From assembly GCA_965178125.1 (NCBI GenBank), contig OZ237745.1:496001-560000 (forward strand): a stretch of 64,000 nt of DNA, in the 5' to 3' direction. Of this stretch, positions 35,212 through 48,500 are shown piece by piece. The notes beneath the pieces were generated by a model. It searched no databases. It was not told the DNA's origin and saw only the letters and a list, made by a program, of their open reading frames with translations. This DNA is from Bilabrum cf. latius. Taxonomy: Eukaryota. A program made the translations under genes and the position numbers. The stretch's first letter is position 1; every line of letters starts with the position of its first letter.

Positions 35212-38200
35212 TCATTCTGTTGTATCAACGCCAGCACTTTCGCCTCCCGCTGCGGCGGCACCATCGCCGGCTTCCTGACTGCCGTCCTCAACGTCACTGT
35301 CGTCAGCCTCCTCGTCCTTCGCAAGCAGCAGCACCGCCGCTTCCCTCCTCAAGGCAGCGGCAGATCGCTCCCAGTTGTACCCCCACCTAGACACACCGTC
35401 CCAAAAGTACCCGAAGGAGGATTCGATCCCGGCGATTCCTTCCTTCCAGCCGCTCACGAACCGAGCATAGATCCCGTCCCGCGCTGCGATCGCATGTCTC
35501 GAGCTGGTCGTGTAGAATCCTTCTGTCCTCCCGGGGGGAACACAACCTGTCTCCTGGGGAACAACACCATCCTCAGTCGAATCCAAAGCTGCAATCTTCC
35601 CAGAACCAGCACCCCCCGATGCTGCCGAGCTGCTGCTACCGCCATCTGCTGCTCCAGCGGGTGCGCCATCGTGCAATGCACCCGACACAGCCCACACAGG
35701 AGCGTCGGTGAGCCGAAACGCGCTCGCGGGCACGGGCACCAGGCCCTCCCAGTTCCTCCTCCTGTACACGTGGGTCTGCACGCCCGATCCATCGACGGCG
35801 AGTCCTGGTTTGCCGGCGATGGACACGGGGCCCGGGGCGGTTGATGCATCGAGGGCCTGTCTCTTCTTGCGCTCCAGCTCTGCCCGTGCTTTCTATGCCT
35901 CCTCGTCTTCGTCTTCGTCTGGACCATCGCCCCCTTTGCCCTTGCTCTTGCCTGTCTTCCCTTTGCCCTTATCCTTGCCCTTCTTCCCCTTGCCCTTGCC
36001 TCCCGCATCCTCCTCCTGCCCCGTCCCCTCAAGCTAAGCTAGGAGCCTTCTGGCTGCTTCTCGCGAAGCCTCGGCGGCTGCCTCTGCCTTCTCCCTCCTG
36101 AGGCGCTTCTGCAGCACGACGAGCGACGGCTTCTCGTGCTGCTGCTCCTCGTCCCCTGGGAGCGCGGCCATGTCCTCGGGCACAGGCAGCTGGTCCGCGA
36201 GGTGCATCATGCACTGCGCGTTCGTCAGCAGCGAGGGAACAAGCCCGGCCGCCTCCTCCCGCCTCAGCTGCAACATCTCGGCTCTCGAGCCCCTTACCAG
36301 CTCGCAGTGCTGCTCCCAGCGCGCGTGTTCCCTGGACAACAACGCCTCCAGCTCAGCGGCCCGGTTGGGGTCTGCCAGCCTGGGGTTGAGCGCCTCTGCG
36401 TTCAAGTCCCTGGCCTGCTGCATGGAGCGCGCCTGCACCTTGAATCTGCGCAGCGCGCGCTGCTGCTGTTGCCTGCTCCTGCGAGAGTTCCTGGCCACGA
36501 TGTCCTCGAGCACTGGCGCGACGCAGTCCGCCACTGCTTCCCTAAGCCTGCCCATCTGCTCCCTGAGCTCCCGCGCTTCGTCCTGCCGCTGCTTCTCGGC
36601 ACGGTCCAGCGCGGCCCGGAGGAACTCCACGAGGCTCTCGGGGAGACCTTCGTCGCCGGGTGCGAGCGGCCTCTCCTCTTCCTCGAAGAGGGCCCGTGTG
36701 GCCGCCTTGCAGGCATCGCGCGCCGCGTCCACCTCGGCCAGAAACCCGAGGCCCAGGGCCAGACGGGGCGCGCTGGGGCACTGCGACTCGGATAAAGAAG
36801 TCGGCGCGTCCTCCCCTGTACCGCCGATGGTCACGCGATCCATCGCGCCGGGGGCCCCGCCGTCCTTGCTGTCGGCACCATCCTTGGTCGTTGCATCGGC
36901 CACCTCGCCTTCGTCTCCTCCCGCCCCTGCCCTCGGGGATGCCTTTCTGGAGCTGCCCTTCTTCTTGGCGGTCCCCTTGTCCTTCTTCCCCTTCTTGCCC
37001 TTGGAGTCGTCCTCCTATTCTTCCGGTGGAGGTCCTGCGGGCAGCTCGGGGAGAGTGGTGCCAAAGGCAGACTCGACCGAAGACCGCCAGGCCCGAGACT
37101 CAGGGCTATTCTGGTCCTCAGTACCGGCAAGCATGGCCAAAGCAGCCTCTGGAGTCACTGGCCTGTCCTCTAGGGAGAGCTCCCCCACCCATAGCTCCCT
37201 AACGCCTCCAATGTCACCGTCTTTGAAGGCGGCCAGGTGGACAGCCCGAGCCACCAGTGCGTCCCGAAGCACAGATACCACCCTCCTGATCCTGACGCTC
37301 AGGGGTGCTGGGCCACCCAGCTCTTCGATGGTGGAGCCGTCTGGGCTGGATGCAGTGGCGGGGTCTGGCTGCGACAGCCTCCAAATTTCCCTCTCCTCCT
37401 GGTCTCTGGCTTTGGCTGCCCTGCGGCGGTCGGAGAGCGCCTGCCTCGCGGCGTCCGAAAGAAGAGATATGTCGATGTCGCGGTTTGCCGCGGCGAAGCT
37501 GTCATTCCCGATGCGCAGTGCTTCGGCAGCGGCCGCCGCCCGCGTCGCGTCTTCCACCGTCTCAACGATCCCAGCGCTCTGCGTTGCTGCCTTCCCGCTG
37601 CCAGCCCCGCCGCCCTTGCTCGCAGCTTCGGCCGCTTCCCTCCCGGCGTCTCTCTTGTTCTTTCTCTGCTTGGAATGGAAAGCCTGCGCCGCCCCCTCCT
37701 TCACGGCTTCGATCGAGTCCCTCGCCTCCTAATCCACCCCCCCTCCGGGCAAGATCCACACGGGGGGCACCCCTGGCTCGCCATGCCGGACCAACAGCTC
37801 CAGCTCCTCGAGACGTCCCTGGATCCGGTCCTTCTCAGCGGCGTTCTCGCCAAACAGTGACCGCACGCGGCCCATACAGGCCCTACGAGGCGCTCCGAAT
37901 CGCTTCCCGAGCCCGTACTTCATGCAGAGCTCCTTCTGCGCGGTCTTGGACGCCTCCAAGAAAGCGTCCATGTGCCTCTGCTGGGCTAGCTGCCTCTCGG
38001 CCAGCTCCGATGCAAGCTGTCTCCACTGTTCCTGTGCCTCGCGGGCTTTCTTATCCTCTTCTCGCAGCCTCTCCTCCGCCGCATCGTGCTCGACCTCGTC
38101 CCACTCGCCCCCCTGAGCGAAGGTTCTGCACGACTGCAGGAACTGGTCGTTTGCCTGCACGAGCCTGTCGGCCTTGGTTTGGATCAGCAGCTGCAGCTGC

Positions 38201-41200
38201 TCTTGGGCCTTTTCCTCGGCGGCCTGCTTCGCATGCCACAGGTCTTTGGCGCGGGAGTCGTCCGCCTGCAGTGCAGCGAGCGAGTCGCGCTTTGGCAGCG
38301 AGCCCTGCACGGCCCGCAGCTGCCTGAGCGCTTCTTCTGACGCCTCCTCTGCAGCCTTGAGCGTGGTTTGCACTTCGGACTGGAGACTGTCGAGCTTCTC
38401 TCGCCAGCCATGCACGTGCCGCACCACCTTTTGCTCGTGCGCCAGCAGCTCAGCCTGCCTCACTTCCTTCACCCTAACCTCGATCTCGCCTCGCCGGGGC
38501 GCGTAGTCCCGCAGCCTGTCGCTGAGTTCTTCGTCCCATTGCTCCTTGAGGTTCTCCGCGCTTGTCTCTGTCCGCTCCAGACGCACCGCCGCGAAGTCTT
38601 CGTGGATGTCCAGCATGTCTGAGCGGAGAGACACCACCCACTGCAGCGTGTTCTCAGGGCTGACACGGGACCGGTACACACAGGGCTCTCCCAGCGGAGA
38701 CAGAGGCGTGCCGTGCTCGTCCGTCATTCCCTTTCGGAACACCTCCGCCTCCTTTTCTTGCTTAAGCAGATCGGCCGCCAGCTGCTCTTCCTCCTGCATG
38801 CGGGCCGACTCCGCCCTCGCGCTCTTCCGCTCCTCCTCGGCCCGAGCCGCCTCTGCCTCCTCGGCCAGCTTGGCGTCCAGCTCCGCCTGCTCTTTCTTGG
38901 AGAGCTTCTTGGGTTTCGTCTTGCCCCCCTTGCCGGCCCGGGGAGAAGCGGCGCGGGGGGATGCCTTGCCCTTACCTTTCTGGACGGCGCCTCCCTCGGT
39001 CTCTTTGGCGGCTGCTTCCGCCTCTGCTGCCCCTGGCTCCATCGAGCCGGCTGAATCTCCACCTGCCTCCTCGGTATCCCCAAGCAAATGCTCCTATGCA
39101 CCTCGTTCGGCATCCCGCTCCCTCTCCTGCTCGTGCTCGTGGAGGAGCTTGCCCTCCTGAGGGGCCAGCTCGCGCACGACTTCCCGATCGTCTCGCAGGG
39201 CCACGTAGATCCGTCCATGCCTAGCTTCGATCGTGCGGGAGTTCCCACCCACTGGGGGGTCTCCCTGCGCATCTGACGCTGCAGACACCCCCGCACCGCT
39301 GCTGGGACCAGGTGCCAGCCCGAGCCCTTGCCTTGCCTCTGCTTCGAGCATGGGCAGTACCTAAGCCTGCTATGCCTCCCACGCGGCCTCTCTGCGTTCC
39401 TGCCTGGCCTGCTCTTCTGCCAGTCTCTCCTGCTCCTGCTCCTCTTCTGACTTGGGCTTCCCCTTTTTCTTCTTTCCCCCCTTCTTGCCCTTACCTTCCT
39501 CCTCGGCCTCAGCCGCAGCCTTCGCTTCTGCTTCCGCCTCGTCAAACTCGTTTTCAAAGGCAGCCTTCTTGCTGGCAAGAAGCTCAGCCACCTTGTCCCG
39601 CACCATGCTTTCAATGGTAGGAGGGCGGGCCCCGCTATCCCTAAGTAGGTCATCCTCGGTCGGAGCCTCGCTGTGGGCGCCCCACCATTTCTCGAGGTGC
39701 TCTGCCACCGGCGGCTCTCCGCTGGGAGGCACTGCCGATGCTGTTGCTCCGACCTCCGAATCTCCGTCGGCGCGACCTCCCGCCCCGGAAACTAGCTCAT
39801 CTCCAGCCACCCGCTCGATGGCAGACGCCCCATCCAGCTTGGAGTCCTCCTGGTCGACCGCCAGGCCAAACACGGCACACAGGGCGGCGCGATGTGCAGC
39901 TACGCTTCCCTTGACTGCAGCCTCGCGCTCCTTGGTCCACTCAATGAGACCATCGCGGTGCGCCCTGTAGCCGTCCTGCACAGCCTCCAAATGCCCCAGC
40001 GCATCCTCAAATCGTTCTTCTAGAGCAGTCTCTGTTGGGGCCATTCTGACCAGGCCGACCCTGTGCTTCACGTCAGCCTCTGCCTCGGCGTCCTTCCGCT
40101 CGAACTCGTTGTACTCTAGCGTCAGCCTCGACTGCACCTCGTCGTCCGTCGCCTCTTCCCTCAGGGTGTGTCGCAGGGCCAGCCTCGCTGCCCGCATCGC
40201 CAGCCGGCAGCTCTCCGTCTCGGCGCGGTGCAATGCATCCGACTGCCGCTCCACTGCCTCGGCCACCCGCTGCAGAAGGTCCCTGCCTTCCTTCGATCGG
40301 CGCTATCGCAGGGGCAAGATGCGCTTGTCGAGGTCTGCGTCGATGGCGACGTTGGCGGCCTGCTGCAGCTCACAGGCCCTCTGCATGCTGGCTAGCAGTT
40401 CATGGGCGGGAGTTGGCAGCTCACACACGCTCAGCACCTTGCCAAAGTGCAGCTGGAGCTTCCGCACAGCCCCCTTGGGCATGGCCCGTCCCATTGCCTG
40501 GCTGAGCGCGCCAGTCAGGCTCGTCATCGCCGTTGCCCCCGTGCGTCTCGACCCGGCAGATCCGACGCTGCCACGCCCTACGCTGCTGCCACCCATGGTT
40601 GAGCCCATTGTGGATCCCAGCTTGGAGCCGGCACCCACATGGCTGCCCAGAACAGACCCACCCGCGCCGGCTTTGCGCTGCCTAGAACCAATCGATCGCG
40701 CGCCGGCGCCGCGCCCAACGGAACTAGCAGCGCCAGCCCCTCTCGCGCTGCCTCTCGATGCCAGCGCGGCAGCTGAAAGTCCCGGACCCTCCAGCTCGTC
40801 GCTCCCGTCGAAGGCCCCCCCTCCCCCTGCCGCGTGTGCGAGCTCCAGCAGCTCCTTGGGCATGGGCAGACCCTCCTGCATGATCCCGTTGGCCAGCTCT
40901 TCGGCTACCTCCTCCACTCGGCTGACCCCTTCCAGCAGCAGGTCGGCAGCCACGGGAGGGATGCCTTTCACTGAGGCAAGTCGGGTGGCCTGTGCGTGCA
41001 GGCGCTGCAGCACGGCGGGAAGCTCCTTGCGTCTGCAGGAGCCAAGCCTCTGCACGGACATGGCAATCGCCACCCGATCCTGCTCTTTGCCCACCTCCTC
41101 GAGGGAAGATCCAAGATCCTTGCAAGCGAGAAGCAGGTCGAGTCTCCTCCGCAAGCCTTCGAGGGGCTCTAAGTGGAAAATCTAGGTAGAGGTGCACAGC

Positions 41201-43209
41201 TCCACGGCCTGCTTGAGCTCGGCTGCCAGGCCAGGGGCCTGTCGCAAAGTGTGCTCCAGCTCTTCCTCCTCCAGCACGTCGTTTCTGAGCTATTCAGCCA
41301 GCGGTGCTAGACCACTCTCCGGTGCCAGGGCCGCGAGGCCGTGCAACACACCGCGGAGCGATTCCGTCTCGCCCAGTGCACTGTCCTCGGATTCGGACTG
41401 GGCCTGCTGGGCGGACTCGAACAGGTTCGCATTCTCAGCGTTGGCGTCTTCCTCGCACTTGCCCAGCTTTTCTCGCATGGCGCGCACCCAGTCCGGCGTC
41501 AGCTTCGGCAGCCTTGCCTCCCACAGCTCCTTCATCAGTGGCTGCCTCACGTCCTCGTGCCTCGACCGCTGCGCTCCCCTCAGCCTGCTTAGCGCCTCCC
41601 TACGGTGCACAGGGTCGACAAATTCCTCCGATTCTAGCCTCGCCCTAAGCTACCCTACAAATAGGTCGTGCCGCAGCACCCTCCACCTCTGCAGCCCCTC
41701 CTCCCACCTCTGCCGAGCCCTCCTTCGGCTTCGGACCGACTGCGTGCGCAGCCGTGCGGAAGCCTCTGCGGCATCCTTGAGATTTCTGGCCACGAGCACG
41801 TTGATCTCATGGGCCTGTTCCTCAGCCACCCTCTCGATGGACCCCTCGAGCATGTGCCCCGCCTGCGCCATCGTCCTCACGCAGACCATGAGCTCAGCGC
41901 CCAGCTCAGACACGCGCTTCTGCTCAGTCTCCCTGAGTCCGCGGGCGAATGACTCCACGTTTCTTCGACGCTCCGCCTCCGCTTCTTCGGCCCTGTCCCA
42001 GCACGCGTCCACCCACGGCCTCTCTTGTTCCCTGGCCGCGTCGTCGTCATACAGGGGATCCAGGGCCTCCCGCACCTTCCTGTCGCACTCTGCCATCACC
42101 TCCCGCAGCTGCCGAGCCGCCTCCAGCGTGCTCTCTTCCGCCCCATCAAAAAACTCTCTCTTCTTCTCCACGAAGGCCTTCAATGCCGCGTCGTGCCTCT
42201 CTTTCCTCCTCGCGTGCATGGAGGCCAAGCGGCTGGACCCCTGGCCGGCCCCCGTGGCAGCAGCTGCGATCAGGCCGGGCGGCGGGGCGATGGGCGGGGC
42301 ACCGCCGGGCGTGCCTTGGTCCTTGCTTTCACTGCCTCTGGTATCGCCAGGGTCTGGGAGGCGGAATGCTGCTGATGACGAGGCCCCGCTGCCAGTGGCG
42401 GCACGCTGGCCTGACGGACCGGCGGGGCCGCTCGATACTGGCAGCTAGGCGATGGGAGGCAACTTGATGGCGATTGGTGCGCTTGATGAAGCGCCTTCAG
42501 TGCCCAGTCCGCTGCCTGCTCGAGGCCTGGAGCCGGTGTGAGTGAGCTTGCTAGCGAGCCTCGAGACCGCATCGATGTCCTCTTTCAGTTCGCTCTCCTG
42601 CGCTCGTCCTTTGGCAGACCTCCATCCCGCCGTTCGCAGCTGCTAAAGCTGATCTGAAGGGACCAGCTTTCCTTTCCGATCTCTGATCTCGACCGTCACA
42701 TGTCGACCAACAGTTCTGTGGGAGCGCGGAGGCCGCTTCATCCCGCGCACGATATTCATTTGAGCTCTCGCAACGATATGCTGCTTCCTGAAAGAGCGGC
42801 GTGAGCGTAGCTGCTGCTGCTCGCGTTCATCCACTGGCATTGCCTTTGCTTCGCTGACGGCCTCTTGCGCCCGCAGCAGCGTATTTGACGGTCCGCCCAT
42901 AGCTTGCGCGCGGTCGCGCAGAGACTTCATCTGAGACGACCGTGTCCAAGCTACAGACGGGGCATTTGAAGATTTTTGTCCTGCAACGAGGTCGGACCCT
43001 GGCAATGACGGTGGAGGTCCCACGCTGCGATCGTCTTCATCGCTGTCCGGATCAGTATACCTGGCTTCCGATGCTCCCAGCATTGGCTGAAATACTGGTG
43101 CCATACTGCCAGAGGGAGATAATGAGTTTGAATTAGACACTCCCGTGTCGGCCATTCGTTGCATTGCAACACCTTGCGTGTGGCAAGCAGATTTGGGCTT
43201 TTCGTTCAT
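35212..43209 (-). CDS. CCDC180: CCDC180/CFAP76-like coiled-coil flagellar protein (DUF4455/DUF4456-like), ~2660 codons; 13 in-frame TAG; start approximate
   Basis: Ten ORF pieces share one frame. TAG at 42643, 42445, 41650, 41290, 41182, 40303, 39370, 39361, 39094, 37729, 37015, 36034 and 35893. Recognisable segments AHEINVLVARN, YAPRRGEIEVRVKEVRQAELLAHE, GLGKRFGAPRR and HAIAARDGIY. Ends with TGA. Confidence 0.75.
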
Positions 43210-43316
43210 TCGTCAACGGTACTGGCGCCGCGCAATACGAGGTTCCGCATATGGAACGGATCATCATCAGGATCGGGTTCAGGTTGAGCTGCCACCACTC
43301 AGAATACAACCATTTA

Positions 43317-45212
43317 TTAATCGTATTCGTTCGTTGACGTAGCAATGGCATGCTGCAAGTACGCCTTGTTAAGGCGCTCCTGCCACGGCCTGCTGCCGCT
43401 CCGCAAAGACAGAAGCAGCGGCATACGTGCCGCCATACCAGCGTCCGCCAAGCCCAGCAGCTCTGCGATTCGCTGCAGTTCCTCCGTCCCGGCCGCCATG
43501 GAGAGCCTGGGCAGGACCAGGAGGTCGGCAGGCATGACGTCCTTGGAAGATGACATCAGCACCAGCTCGGGCGTCCTAGGTCTTTCCGGCTCGTTCACCG
43601 GCAAGACACTACGACTGCCACTGGAACTGGAAGCACCCGTGTCCAACGGGCGGCTGCCTTTACCCAAAATTTTCGCCGCCGAGTCTGGTTCAGTAACGTT
43701 AGTATCAGGGGAACCTGTACCGAATGCAGGCACCTACGCCGCCAAGAGAGCGACAGGTCGGACACCCCCTGCGCTGTCCTCGCGGCAGAGCGCAGTCAGA
43801 GCACCGCAGTGCGCTGCACCCTCAACGCTACCCCGGACCAAAGGCCCAAGCAGCACCCGAACGAGGGAAGACAGGCTGCGGTCCGCTGGCTAGATTGGCG
43901 GCAAAGCGACCCCTGGGTTTGCTCCAGTGCCTCCTTCCAGATTCAGATCGGCCGACCCTGCACCAGCACCTGCGCCTGCACCTGCACCTGCGCTTGCCTA
44001 TATCGCAAGCTCCGCTGTCACTGACCCTAGCAGGCCGAGCGTCTCCCCACATGGGGTCTCAGCCACCCACCCATCCACACCACCCGGTTCACCTGCACTA
44101 TCATTGTCACCATCCACAGGTCGGCTCCATGCCACCGCGAACGTCGGACCGTCGAGCACAGCACCCTGCCCGTTCCACAGACTGCCATGTCCCAAAGATG
44201 ATGATGATGATCTACCCGACCGGGGGCTAGCGTCGAGAGGGTCCTCGATTCGACTCCCGGTGCACTCGGTGAGCAGCGCGTCCACGACCCCGCCATCGCT
44301 CTGGCGGCCCAAGAGCAGCCCCAGCTCTCGCGGCAGGTCGATTTCGGCTCCGAGTCCATTGGTTGCGCCCGTGTTGATTAGTCGGGCTTGCATGATCCTG
44401 GGGTCGGACAGCGTGCTTCCAAGGTGCACGGCCCACTCCTTTGCCCGCGCAGTGGCAAGCATATTGGGAGCGTAGCTAAGCCACTTGATGCCCCACGGCT
44501 GCCTGAGATCCATGCCAATGTCTAAAGGGTCCAGTGTGCCTGCACCTATATCCTCTAGTGTTGAGTCAAGGTTCGAGCCGCGGCCTACTTGCCCATGCCC
44601 AGGCCCTGCAACAGCATCTGCACTCCTAGCAGCAGGGCCAGTGCAGGCCGATTCAAGCATACCGCCTCCCGTTCCCGGCGCCCTGCCTGGACGGGGCCAC
44701 ACGCGCCTTCCGCACCTGCCCGGGTGCCACGGAGCAGGTATTGCCACGACGCATGCACCGGCGCGGGAGGCTGTCTCTTCATTCACGGGCTCGCTTCCCG
44801 CACGTGCGTGTGCCGGCACCGGACTTGCAGCTGCCTGTTCCGCGGTGATGATGGTGCTGGGGCCTCCTGCGAGTGCCCCGCCGCGGGTGCACAGCACACG
44901 GATCATGGTTGGTTTCTTGATCGAAGAGCCTTGTTCGCTTGAGCTGCTGGCCCGTGCTGCTGCTTGGATCCAGTCGCGCAGGCTAGACTATTCCGGCAGG
45001 CGATCCGCCATTCGTTGGGCTTCGGCTGACGCTTGCAAGCGATCAAGATGCATATCAAGACCTATACAGACGCCTCCATCGAGAGAGCGTACGACTTCGA
45101 AGCAACCATTGCCTCTCTGCACAGTTTCATCGGTCAGCATCGAGGCTGGGATGCTGTCGTTCGCCTGGACCTGTTTGCCATTGATTGACATGAAGGATGC
45201 AAAACGCGTCAT
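43317..45212 (-). CDS. Class IV PLP-dependent aminotransferase-like protein with insertions; 4 in-frame TAG
   Basis: VQRGNGCFEVVR, LDMHLDRLQASA, IKWLSYAPNMLA (PLP Lys), LDGPTFAVAW, LGLLGSVT and LMSSSKDVMP. TAG at 44988, 43998, 43890 and 43734. Ends with TAA. Confidence 0.78.
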
Positions 45213-45549
45213 GCCAAAACGCGCGCCTTTGGCGTAAATCAATTCAAATGGATGTATTCTGACAAGTTTTGGGAGGCATTGCTTCGCGAGCATGGCGTGC
45301 CAGTGATATTCTTCTGTCACAGAAAGGCATCACCGGAAGAAGACGCATCTTCTCCCGACTGAATTGAACGCCTTCGAATTAATCACAGTTCTCATGATCG
45401 CGCCAAGCCCTCATTCTAAGTACTTATTCTGCATGCTACTCAGAAGCAGATCACGCGTGACTCTGCAAGCGCAGTATTGGACCTCAGACACTTGTGTGTA
45501 CCAACTGCAACTGCACACCTATTGCATTGAATTCTGACTTTTGACCTAT

Positions 45550-48500
45550 TCACTGAACCCCAGCGACATACGATGCTACACACATCGTCCTGCGCAGCAA
45601 ATCCTGTAGCTTTCCGCTCGCGACTACCTGCACCTGCCGCACAACCCCGACAAGCTAACGCAGCGAGCTAGTGGAACCGATCACGTCTGCATGTGCCCGC
45701 AGGGCGAGCCCCAGCTGCGCCTGAGCCAGGTCAAACCTTGCCATGCGACCGACCCTCCACAGCATTACCAACAGCAGCGCCAGCAAGAGAGCCTGACCGT
45801 CCTCGTCGTGCGTCCCTAGGCACACCATCCTGACCTCAGCGTCCACCCGGGAGGGTCCCCAGCTGTCCAGCATCTCACACACGGCCCTGATCGCGCCCCG
45901 CGATACCCCCTCGAGTGCAGAGGCCTGCGCCTTCCTCCAGTTGATCCCGCTAGCAGCTCCTGTCGCAAGAAAGTCGCCGCTCTTGCTCTCGCTCTCCGAT
46001 GATGCAGCACCAGAAGCCGTCCCATTCGTGACCTTCACCTCCACCTCGCCAAAGAGTGGCACCTCGTCCTGCGCGTCGGTCAGAACGTCCGCCCCGAACA
46101 ATGTCAAGGGGTTGACCGAGCCAGCACCAGCACCAGCACCGCCAGCAGAGCCAGCGCCGGCACCAGAGCCAGCGCCTGAGCCATACCCAGCCACTCTCGC
46201 TCTCTTCCTGCCCCGCTCAGACTCCGAGTCAGACTCCGAGTCAGATTCCGACCCAGACTCCGATCCGGACTCTGAGTCGGACTCGGAATCAAAGTGACCG
46301 CCCTCCTCGTCCTCGTCGGTAAGGTCGTCCACCCCCCCCTCGGCGGCCGAAGTCGAGGGGAACCTGGCCACGTGCTTGCCCGTCAGTCGCCTCTCCACAC
46401 CTGGGGAGGCCTCCAGGAGACGGGCCAGCGCCACGGTGAGCGAGCAGCGGGCTCGAGCACTTGCTCCAGTGTGCAGTATCCGGCTGCGTGGAACACCCTC
46501 CTCCTCCTCCCCCTCCTGCTGCTGGCCCCCTCTTCGCTCGTCCTTGTCGACCCGGCCATCCCCGCCATCCACGACTGGTGCCTTAGCTCCGCTGCTCTGG
46601 GCCAATGGCTCCCCCGTGAAGAAGCTCACGGCCTTGTCCATGTCCTCCTGCATGGAGCTGCCCTGGTCCATGCCCTCCCCAGGCTCGCCGCTCTCCCACG
46701 CGTCAGCACCTTCGAACGCCTCGGCGAAGGGGTCCTCGCCGCCCTCGCCCTCCATGGCTTCCTGTTCCGCCGCCGCCTTTTTCTGAGCCGCCTCTTTCTC
46801 CTCTTCGTACTTTCGGATGGCTTCATCCTGCAGCTCAACCGCATCGAGCGCGCCGTCTGCCTCCTGTCCCGTGGGCAGCATGGCCCTCAGCAAGAATGGG
46901 GCGCTCTCCGCCTTCTTCTCCGGCATCACCGGCCTGTTCCTGGCAGCGATCAGGTCGAGGTAAGGCAGCGACTCCCACTGGGACGCGGGCTTCCCCGAAA
47001 GGCTTATGGTGCCAGGGGCGTCCCTTGCCTGTGGGATGCTGTCGGCGATTGCCTCCTCGTCTTCGTCGCTGTCCGAGTCGCTCGCAGAGTCGTCCTCGTC
47101 TTCACTGCTGCTGCTGTCGGCGCTCTGGCCAGCATCGCGCTTCGCGCCGGGCGAGTCAGCCTCATCCTCTGCAGCAGCGATCGGCAGATCGATATCGACC
47201 GGTCGCTTGGGCACGCTGTCCAACAGAACGGTCGAGAAGTGCGCCTTGTTTGCCCAAAGGTACAGCCCCCTGTCCTCCACGTGACACGTCAGCAGATACT
47301 CGCCAGTGGACTGAAAATCAACCGACACGGCGGGCTTCTGGAACCGCACCCAATCCACGCAGCGAGCCGTGGGAATGTCCCACACCCTGGCTGTGCTATC
47401 GAGGGAGGCAGTCACGAGCCACCGGCCGTCGGGGCTGAAGCAGACATCCGTGATGCGGCCGGTGTGGCCCTCAAACCGACGCACAAGCTTCCTGGTCTTG
47501 CAATCGAACACCACAGTCGCATGGCTGTCCTGCAGAGACACCGCCAGCAACCCGCTGTCGCCGTGCAGCACCAGATTTCCAGCTGCTTCTCCCAGTCGCA
47601 CCTCCGCCTCTAGCCTGTGGTTGTTGAATGACCACCAGCGCACGTACCCGTCCTGGCCAGCCGTCACCAGCACGCTCTGCAGCGCGTCGACAGCCACTCC
47701 AGTGACCGGCCCTAGATGAGCCGGCACCACGCCGTGACCCGGCCGGCCGCGTACCTTGGCTCGCTTTGCGCCAGCTTTCGCGGTCGATGCCCCTACAGCA
47801 TCAGCAGCACGAGACTCGGCCGCTGAGGGGCCCGCTGCGTCACCCGCACGACCGCTGGCCCCTTCAGCTGCCGCTGTAGCGCTGGTACTGCTACTGCTGC
47901 TACTGCTGCTGCTGCTGCTTGCGGTCGATGGAACGCTGGGCCCAGCTCTTGCAGCCGCGGCAGCCAGCTCCGCTGCCTCGTCCGCCGCCACACCAGCCTC
48001 CTCGAGCACCTCCCGTCGGAAGATCTCGTCAGCGCTGCCTTGCCCCGCCTGCCTCTCGGCCACGCCCCTGTACCCCTCCCCCAGCAGGGCGGCCAGGCCC
48101 TTGGTCACACTCGCCTTGGGGGCGCGGAGGTGGGCCGCGCCTGGGTCTAGGAATCCCCTTCCAGAGTCCCTGGGTCCGCCCGGCACGTCACGGAGGTAGC
48201 CCGCCTTGGACGCCTTCTTACCTCTCCGGGCCAGCCCCTTGTGGCGCTTGGATGTTGGGGGAAAGCAGCCTCGCGGCGCGCCCGTCTGGGCGTTGTACAG
48301 ACACACCGTGCCCAGCGAGCCCCCAACGACAGCGTAGTCTCCGCTCGGGGCCATCGCGCACGAGGTGGCCACTTCTGCCTCTGGCCCTGGAAGCAGCAGC
48401 TGCACCTTACCGATGACCTTGCGGTCCCAGTTCCACAGCCGTGCCTCTCTCCTGCCCTCGTGGATGGTCACCACGTCGTGCCAGCCCTCCCAGCCCGTCT

